The translations under genes were made by a program, and so were the position numbers. This document shows positions 16,565 to 25,200 of a DNA stretch of 64,000 nucleotides, one piece after another. How positions within the stretch are numbered: the first letter of the stretch is position 1; every line of letters starts with the position of its first letter. Source of the stretch: Firmicutes bacterium ADurb.Bin080 (GTDB lineage Bacteria; Bacillota; Clostridia; Christensenellales; DTU072); assembly GCA_002070965.1 (NCBI GenBank), contig MWEH01000092.1, forward strand, positions 19,066 to 83,065. Reading direction: 5' to 3'. The notes under the pieces were generated by a model. The model searched no databases. It was not told where the DNA came from and worked only from the letters and a program-made list of their open reading frames with translations.

Positions 16565-17779
16565 TTATATACTAGATCCGGCAAGATATCCTGTTGCAAA
16601 AGCAATCTGGATGTTATACCCACCGGTAAGAGCATCGACATCTATCATTTCGCCAGCATAAGATAAATTATTATATCTAAGGCTTTTCATGGATTTCGGA
16701 TCTATCTCATTTACGGAAACGCCCCCGGACGTAACAATGGCTTCTTCTATAGGGCCAAGAGATTTTATTGAAAAAGATAAATTTTTTATAATATAAGATA
16801 ATCTTTTCCGAGCCTCTTTAGAAACTTGATTTGCCTTAATATCACCATTAATATTAGCTTTATTTAATACTATATTAATCAATCTTTCAGGCATTAATCC
16901 AAGTAAAACATTCTTTAAATCCATATTGTTTTTGGATTCAAAATCTCTAATTAATCTTGAATCTAATAAATCCAAACTTAATGCAGGTTTTAAATCTATT
17001 ACTAATTTACACTCATTTAAGTGTTTCACCCTATTAACTATCGAAGAAATAGTTAATATGATAGGGCCAGAAACTCCCGTATCAGTAAAAAGCATCTCGC
17101 CAAAAGAATCTGCTATAGATATAGAATTTTCATTTAGAACCTTTACATTCACATTTCTTAGGCTTAAACCTTGTGGTAAACCTAATTCATCCAGTATCAT
17201 ATATACTAAAGCAGGCTTTGTTTCTATAATACTTATATTTATATCTTTTAATATTTTTAGCCCAGAACCATCAGAGCCTGTTTTTGGATAAGATAATCCA
17301 CCTGTTGCAATTATGTAGTGGTCAAAATCATATTCAGCTTTATCGGTTATGGCTTTAATAATTCTATCGTCTGCTACTAATAATTTATTCAGATGTTCTT
17401 GGAATTGAATTTTAACCTTAAGTCTATTTAATTGTTCATATAAAGCATCAATAACATCAGAACTCTTGTCACTTTGAGGAAAGACTCTACCACCCCTTTC
17501 CACTTTTAAAGGAACTCCCAAAGATTCAAAAAACTTCATGCAGTGTTCTGAAGAAAAAGTTGCAAGCGAACTATATAAAAATTTTGGGTTTCTAACCACA
17601 TTAGAAATAAAATCTGGTCTAATGTTTGTTAAATTGCATCGTCCTTTTCCAGAAATATAAAGTTTTCTCCCTATTTTTGAATTATGATCGATAATGCAAA
17701 CAGAATGTCCAGCGATTGTTGCAGAAATTGCAGCCATAATACCTGATGGCCCAGCTCCAAAAATTCCTACTCTGGCCAT
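16565..17779 (-). CDS. FAD-dependent oxidoreductase, HI0933/BaiN family
   Basis: N-terminal dinucleotide fold GIFGAGPSGIMAA. Length about 400 aa. C-terminal GGYNIQIAFATG. Confidence 0.8.
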   Translation of the reverse strand: MARVGIFGAGPSGIMAAISATIAGHSVCIIDHNSKIGRKLYISGKGRCNLTNIRPDFISNVVRNPKFLYSSLATFSSEHCMKFFESLGVPLKVERGGRVFPQSDKSSDVIDALYEQLNRLKVKIQFQEHLNKLLVADDRIIKAITDKAEYDFDHYIIATGGLSYPKTGSDGSGLKILKDINISIIETKPALVYMILDELGLPQGLSLRNVNVKVLNENSISIADSFGEMLFTDTGVSGPIILTISSIVNRVKHLNECKLVIDLKPALSLDLLDSRLIRDFESKNNMDLKNVLLGLMPERLINIVLNKANINGDIKANQVSKEARKRLSYIIKNLSFSIKSLGPIEEAIVTSGGVSVNEIDPKSMKSLRYNNLSYAGEMIDVDALTGGYNIQIAFATGYLAGSSI

Positions 17780-18537
17780 TCTGTCACCTTTTGACCATTA
17801 AAATGGGTTTTTTTTAAAAGACTGATATTTTTGTAATCAGTTTTATCAGGAGTGATTGGAGTAATCGTTGTGTATCCCTTCTTTATCCACTCTACATCAC
17901 AGTCATCAATATTGTTAACAGGGATTGGATTTCCTATCAGAGTATATGAAATACCCTTTGTAGAATATGGATCAATCAAATATATATCACTGAAAATCCG
18001 TTTTCCAAGTTGGGTTATTACGTTACCCGTGTTACCAATACTTCTTCTATTAATATTAATATTTAAAGCATATTCTGAAGATATTAATGAGAAAAAATAT
18101 GCAAAATTACTTATGAAATAATCAACAACATACTGGAATCCCTCATTATCCACTTTTGTCGAAACAGCTATAGCCGGAATTCTATTAATTGTAGCTTCAA
18201 GGGCAGCATTAGATGTACCAGAATAAACTACATCTGTTCCAATATTATAGTCTGTATTAATCCCAGAAATAACCAAATCTGGTCTGTTACCAGACAACAT
18301 CTCTAAACCAATTTTCACACAATCCGCTGGTGTCCCAGTAATGGAATAACATTCATATGGGAAATCATTAATTTCTTGAATAAAAATCGGTTTATTAAAA
18401 CTTGTTGCATGCGCCATACCACTATTACACTTATGGGGAGCTATCACAGTAATTACATGGTCATTTTTTAGAGCGTAGGCCAACTTAACAATTCCGGGGC
18501 ACAAATATCCATCATCATTTACTAATAAAATATGCAT
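17767..18537 (-). CDS. surE: 5'/3'-nucleotidase SurE
   Basis: MHILLVNDDGY N-terminus and SGINTDYN motif. Confidence 0.9.
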   Translation of the reverse strand: MHILLVNDDGYLCPGIVKLAYALKNDHVITVIAPHKCNSGMAHATSFNKPIFIQEINDFPYECYSITGTPADCVKIGLEMLSGNRPDLVISGINTDYNIGTDVVYSGTSNAALEATINRIPAIAVSTKVDNEGFQYVVDYFISNFAYFFSLISSEYALNININRRSIGNTGNVITQLGKRIFSDIYLIDPYSTKGISYTLIGNPIPVNNIDDCDVEWIKKGYTTITPITPDKTDYKNISLLKKTHFNGQKVTEWPE

Positions 18538-18545
18538 TATGAAAT

Positions 18546-19271
18546 CTAATCTCCCAAGACTGATCTCAACATTTCGAGTTCCATATTACTTAGAGGTCTA
18601 AAACTTCCCCTAGATAATCCCCCAAGATGAATTGGTCCATAATCAGTTCTTTTTAAAAAAATAACTTCTTTTCCAATAGCTTTAAACATTCTGTGAATTT
18701 GTCTATTTTTTCCTTCTTTTATTGTTACATCGAGTTTGGTTGCTTCTTTAAGTTTTTCTGTAACTCTAATTTTTGCGGGTAAGGTTTTGTGCCCATCATC
18801 TAGCAACACACCTTTTCGAAGTTGTGCAAGCTCACTTTCGCTTATTGAGGAGTTTATCTTAACTGAATATTTTTTCGGAATTTCATAAGAAGGATGCATA
18901 AGTTTATTAGCCATTTCGCCATCGTTAGTAAGCAAAATTATCCCTTCTGTATTATAATCAAGACGCCCCACTGAGAAAAGTCTGGTTTTATCAATATTTA
19001 TATAATCAAATATTGTTTTTCTATTTCTATCATCCGAAGCGGTACAAAGACATCCTTTGGGTTTATGAAAAACTAAATATGTAAAACATTCTTTAGGAAT
19101 GTAGTTAATTATTTCTCCATCAATTCTTACAACATCTTTATCTTCATTTATTTGAGTTCCTAAGAGTTTAACTACTTCCCCATTGACAGATATCTTTCCT
19201 TCTAAAATAAATTGTTCCGCTTTTCTTCTTGAAGAAATACCCGTTAGCGACAAATACCTATTTAGCCTCAT
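18546..19271 (-). CDS. rluB: 23S rRNA pseudouridine synthase RluB family (S4 domain plus RsuA-type catalytic domain)
   Basis: S4 domain RLNRYLSLTGISSRRKAEQFI and catalytic GRLDYNTEG. ATG at 19271 lies 6 nt after GGAGG. Confidence 0.88.
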   Translation of the reverse strand: MRLNRYLSLTGISSRRKAEQFILEGKISVNGEVVKLLGTQINEDKDVVRIDGEIINYIPKECFTYLVFHKPKGCLCTASDDRNRKTIFDYINIDKTRLFSVGRLDYNTEGIILLTNDGEMANKLMHPSYEIPKKYSVKINSSISESELAQLRKGVLLDDGHKTLPAKIRVTEKLKEATKLDVTIKEGKNRQIHRMFKAIGKEVIFLKRTDYGPIHLGGLSRGSFRPLSNMELEMLRSVLGD

Positions 19272-19294
19272 CAATTTCCTCCCTGAGCGACAAC

Positions 19295-22200
19295 CTAATA
19301 TTTCTTCTTCATTGCCCTATACATATTTTTCAGCATCATTCTTTTCCCAAATAATGCTCCGAATATTATTACTAGAATTCCACCAAAAATCCCCCCAAGA
19401 ACATAATACATAGTGAGATTCGCCTTCCCGGAATTAGGACTTTCATAAACAACCTCATAGCTTGATGGAATATATTCATACTCATAATTACTGTCCAATC
19501 CACCCTTTGGAATGGCCGTGTTTGTCCCAACATTATTCCCAGATAAGTTCAACCCAGGTAACCCTTGAAGTGTGTCTGGTGAATCAGTCCCTTGGAACCC
19601 TTCAAACTCAATCGAATAATCTGGGAACTGTCCAGCATAAGTATCCTCAACTAATGCTTGTACTCGTAACTTTGCTTTATTAACGGTAAGATATATCGAG
19701 CTAGTCCCAACAATTACATAACTCTCATTGGAAGGGGTTACATCTATTAAGTATGTCCCTGCATTAATAATGTTTAAATCATCACTTTGACCATTAATAC
19801 TAATCAAAGGATCACATGAATCCCCACTGACTACGCCTGCAAAATCAATTGAAATTTCAGATAATCTATTACTTCCATTATATGTAAATCCATCTTCATA
19901 TCCAGTAATATTAACCTGAATTTGTTTTGGTATAATCCTTAGTTCCGCAGATTTTTCGATAGGATTGTAATTAATTGGATAAGTTTTTGGAGGTGTATAC
20001 TTTGAAACTACAGAATGTGTTCCTGCAGAAGGGAATCTAGGAATAACTAATGTTTCAGGATCTTGAAAAGAATATTCTACGTCTAATTGAGAGGATAAAC
20101 CTGGAGCTAAAACAGTGGCAACAATTGGAGTAAACCCACCATATTCTTGTCTAAATCTTCCCGATAAAGATATTGTGGGTGTCACACGGTTTATTTTTAA
20201 TGTAGTTGTAGCAGCATCGTTTTTAATATAACCCTCTTCATTTGTTATGTTACAAGTTACATTATATGTTCCAGCATCTTTAGGGGCGACTCTAGTTTTT
20301 GGATAATATCCACCGACTAAACCAGTATAATATACTTCTATATTAATAGTCGTTCCTTCTCCATCGAGCCCTTGTCCTTCAGTTCCTTCATATATTGTTT
20401 GGCCATTAATCTTTAAGGTCGCCCCACTCAAATAAGAATTAATTGTGGGTGTGACAGAAAACTGTAAGTTATTAAAGTCTCTCTCATTACTTGTTGTAAA
20501 AGAAACAGAAGCCAAGCTAAGAATATTTGCGGGGATAGAAAGAGATAAATTTGTTAATGAGTAGTTTGCACTATTAGATCCCGTTAACTCGATTTGAGAC
20601 ATAATTACTTCAGTTGGGCCTACGAATAAAGATGCTAACGAAGCTTGATACCGTATTTCAACTAAGCCTAAATCTTTTGTAAGAATCCCCTCCAATATAT
20701 AATGGCTCTGATCAATATTCGCTTCATACGTATTATCTACCGGTTTTTTAAATATTTTTGATGAGGGGGCAACGGTTAGCTCTTTCGTTATAAAACTGAT
20801 ATTTACAGTGCTTGTCAAATCTCCTATTTCTTCAGGGATATAATCTGTTTTGATAATGTAATTGTCGGAAACGGCTGAAGTCAATTTTATCGTATGAGGC
20901 CCAGCATCTCTAATATTTGATTGTTTTACTTCACTGTCATCGGAATATACTGCTCTGATATTCAAACCCAATGAAGTTGGATTATCATTGCCCACAAATG
21001 TTACATAAGAATTTTTATTTTTACCATAGTATATTATCGCTATGTAATTGGGATTACCAGCTTGTAATACCTTCTCTGCCCCAGCATATCTTGCTAAAAC
21101 TGTTGGGGAATCTCCATAAGTTAAATAATTATACCCAGTAGTATTTTCAATTTCTATAGTTACAGGTATTACAATTTTTCTAATTGTTCCTTTTTCAGGA
21201 TATAAATATTCTGCTGGCAAAATATAATTCCTTGAATATTCCTCAAAAACAGAGAAAGATACATATACATCTTTATTGTTCGCGGCATCACTGTCTGCCT
21301 CACCAAGCGAACTTGAAGCAAACCTTGCAGATGGTTTAAAACCTTTCTGGAATAATTTAGGATTAAGAGCAGCTAAATAATCAGACGATTCCCTAGTAAG
21401 CGAAATAGAGTTTTTATCAATCCTATTATTCCCATCATAATCCTTTTCAAGGTTAATTATAAGAGCAATATCCTCAATATTTACAACATACCTATTAATC
21501 ATTAATTTTGTTGAAAGCTTAGGATCCCCAGTATCATAATCAATAATATCTGGACGATAGTTTTTGGCTTCTTCTCCAAAAAAATTATATGTGATAGAAT
21601 AACCTTCAGGGATATATATTTCGCCAGGTGCCCTTGTTACTCTTATCAATTGCGACCAGTCGTATCCCGAAGGGTTCAGATTATATTCATCCTGTATTGA
21701 ACTCGGTAAATCTGTCACTGTTACTTGAAAATGCGCTGGGTCATAAAAAGAAGGATCTGGTTGATCATAAATCTTTTCAAAATCTTTAACTCTAATAGAG
21801 ACAGGACGCCCTAATACAATAAACTTTCCTATTGCCGAATCTCCATTAGCACCTGCAAAAATAACATCAACATTCCCATTTTCGGGCGTTTCCGTTAATT
21901 GTGTCAAGTCGTATATTCCAGCGTCGGGGATATCTCCACCAGTTCTATTATATTCAATGTCTATATAAATAGTACCAACTGAAGCAGTAATAATTTCAAT
22001 AGTCTCACTTAAATCAATGTCTGGTTCAGTAGGATTCCATTCGATGGTAAAATATCTTGGATTAACTTGATATTCCCGAATATTTATCTTAAATGAATAC
22101 GTATTCCCTTCACCATCTCTTTCTTCAGTATTTAAACTTACGTTATAATTTGATGTGCCTGTGTATTGAATTCCTATATAATCATAGGTCCCAACGTTTT

Positions 22201-25200
22201 CGCCAGATTCCCTTACTAAAATTGCACTAATTTCTTCATCCTCACCAACTCCTTCTTTATAAATAGAGAAATCAGAAGGGTCATTGTCCCCATAAGTCTT
22301 GGATATATTTCTCGGAGAAAAAACCAATGCTTCAGGCCAAACCTTAAAGGATTTTTCATTTGAATTGTTTTCATCTAAATGAATATAATAGTTAGATTCC
22401 CCAGATATGATGCAGCGTACATAGTAAGTACCTCTGTCTCTATAATTTACCCTTTCACCTTCGTCATAGAAATAGCTATTGGCAACAGATCCATCATAAT
22501 TTTCGCTATCATATTGATAAACATAAGTAGAAAGGTTAACCGTTTCTTGTCCTACAATTCCAGATGGTATACTTAATTCAGAGATAAATCCATCACCATT
22601 AAACAGACCAGCGCGCAAATCTACGCTTGTAGTACCAGTATACGTGACATCAGACTCAAGGATTATCACTTTTATTGGTCTAGGTTTTATTGAAAAGTAT
22701 CTTTCTAATACACTATCATTCAACGGGTCAATAATCTCAGTAACTAGTTGATAGTTTATTGCAGTGGATGAAAGTTCTAATGATACTCTATATAGATCAC
22801 TTACATTGTAAGCACTTTCAATTCTTGTCTGCCCTCTAAATAAATTTATTATGACGTCGACAGTATCCCCGGTAATAGGAGCAAACCCTGTTCTATAGGC
22901 ATAACTAATTTGATTGCCAATGTTTTGGCTTGGGCCACCATATATAAATTCTTCATTTTCATTTAGTGGCTGCCCATTAATAGTTAAATATAGTTTTAGT
23001 TGTTTCTTATTTACCTTAAAAGTAACATTAGAGGGAGTAGTTTGAGAGATTCTATAATTTGTGTTGTGGGAGGTAATGTTAACAGTATAAATACCTGCGT
23101 TTTTAGCTCCATTAGTATCAGTTCTTCCATCTTTAGCATAGTATACAGTAGTAATGGAAGCGAGAGAGTCCCCTCCGAGAGGCGCATATCCATCGGTGGC
23201 AATATATGTTATTTTTTGATAAGTATTGTTAAAATCTACTTCATTATTTGAAAATTCAACTCTTATATCTTTTTGTCCGATAGAAAAAGTCAACTTTGTA
23301 CAATTAGTTTCATCTGAGCCAGGAACATTGCTACTTGTAATACGATAGTTAGATAATGCGGAGCCATTTAATGATGCCGTAGAAACATACTGCCCAGCAT
23401 TTCTAACATTTTCTACAGGTTGTTGTCTGTCAATAGGGCCAAACATATGGGAAAGTTGCAAGCCAATATTCCCTACATCCTCAGGGCAGAAAGACTTATC
23501 TACTTGGAAATCAACCCCTATTACAAAATTTGCGTTAGTAAAAAATAGATTATCGTAATTGCTAAATACTATACCTAATTCTTTTTGAAGAATAGTAAAG
23601 TTCCTTGTCCTATTGCTCTCAATAGGCATTCTATAATTTAACTCGCTAAATCGAGATATTACTTTATATGAGCCGGCTTTTAACGGAGTAGTCAAAGTGT
23701 TGGAAAGATCATAGTATTCATAAGTTAATTCTGGGGAAACATCACCAGGTATAACTCCAGACAGTGTCGCAACTATCTCTGATGAACGGTTCTTAGCATT
23801 ATATATGATTGTTCCAGGAATAGAAAAAGAGAATTGAAGCTGTTTTTTTGTAATAGAAAAGTTTGTTTGAACTGAGTTTGAAAAGTTTCCTAGCCCTGTT
23901 ATCGTGACATTAGCAGTCCCGGCTTCGATATTATTAGAAAAAGCCAATGAATAGTCAACATCTTTAATTAACGAAACATTTTTATATTTAACTTCAGGAT
24001 TTGGAGTCTTCTCAGAAAAACTATATTCGACCGATGTGATTGGGGATACTACAAAATTTGGGTTATTTAAAATGCTACATTTATTAATTGTGATAGTTCT
24101 TTGTCTATCAGCCAATTTAACTGAATAAGATGTATTACTAACTGTCACTGTAAGGGTGTATGTTCCAACATTCGTTACAGTAGCACCTGTTTCCCAAGAT
24201 TTTAAAGCATTAACACTATCTCCAGAAACAATATCACTTGGATTAACAGATACAGAAACCGTATCTTTTTTTGAGGTGGCATCATAATCAAAAGTAATAG
24301 TGCCATAAATAATAGAGATTTCCTTGGGAATAATAACGATTTCCTGCGAGATACTTCCCGCTAAAATGCTATAGTTATTGCTATAATACTGTGAATAGCC
24401 TGTGGCCCCATTTACTATACTAGAATATGCAATATATGTTCCTACTGTACGTACTTCTCCAACTGAAATACCATTACGCTGGTATGATAACAAGAAATTG
24501 ACACTGGATAATTCAGTATTTAATGTTTCTACATCAACATGTAATCCATCTTCTGAATTGATATAGGAAGTCCCATTATAAAGAAGCTCTTGAACGGTGC
24601 CACTTTGTCCTGTCCAGTAATACAATTCAATTGTCCAAGGGGATATTACTATTCCTTCCTCAACTAAATCAGAGGGAGAAATAAAATAATTATCTTCATC
24701 ATTACCTTCGGATTTTGATGCTACTGCAGAGTAAGTGCCTGCATTTCTTAAATCAACTATATTATTCGATACATCTTTGTAAGAAATAGATATTGTGACA
24801 GTATCTCCAGATAATACTTCAGTGCCTTGATTTACAATTGAACAAGAATAATCAAGATTTCTTATATTGGCATTGTACGTAAATTCTTTAGATGCACTCC
24901 AATTCAAATAAAGTTCTTTTTTATTAATTGTAAATGTAACAGCATATCCATCTAAAAGTTGTGGAGTAGGAAGAGAATAGTTGGAAGAATCTGTTCCCCC
25001 TAAAACATTGGGCCTTGCCACATAATTTCCTGCGTTTTTTGCCTCTATTGGTGTAGTAGAGCCTAAGTTTGCAAATGTCACGGTTGATACTGTGACATCA
25101 TCCAGACCAACAGGATTTGTCACTCTTAATTGAGGAAGGGTTGTCGACGCTGTATAATCAAACAGATAAGGTTGTCCTGGAACATAATCAGTCAATCCGT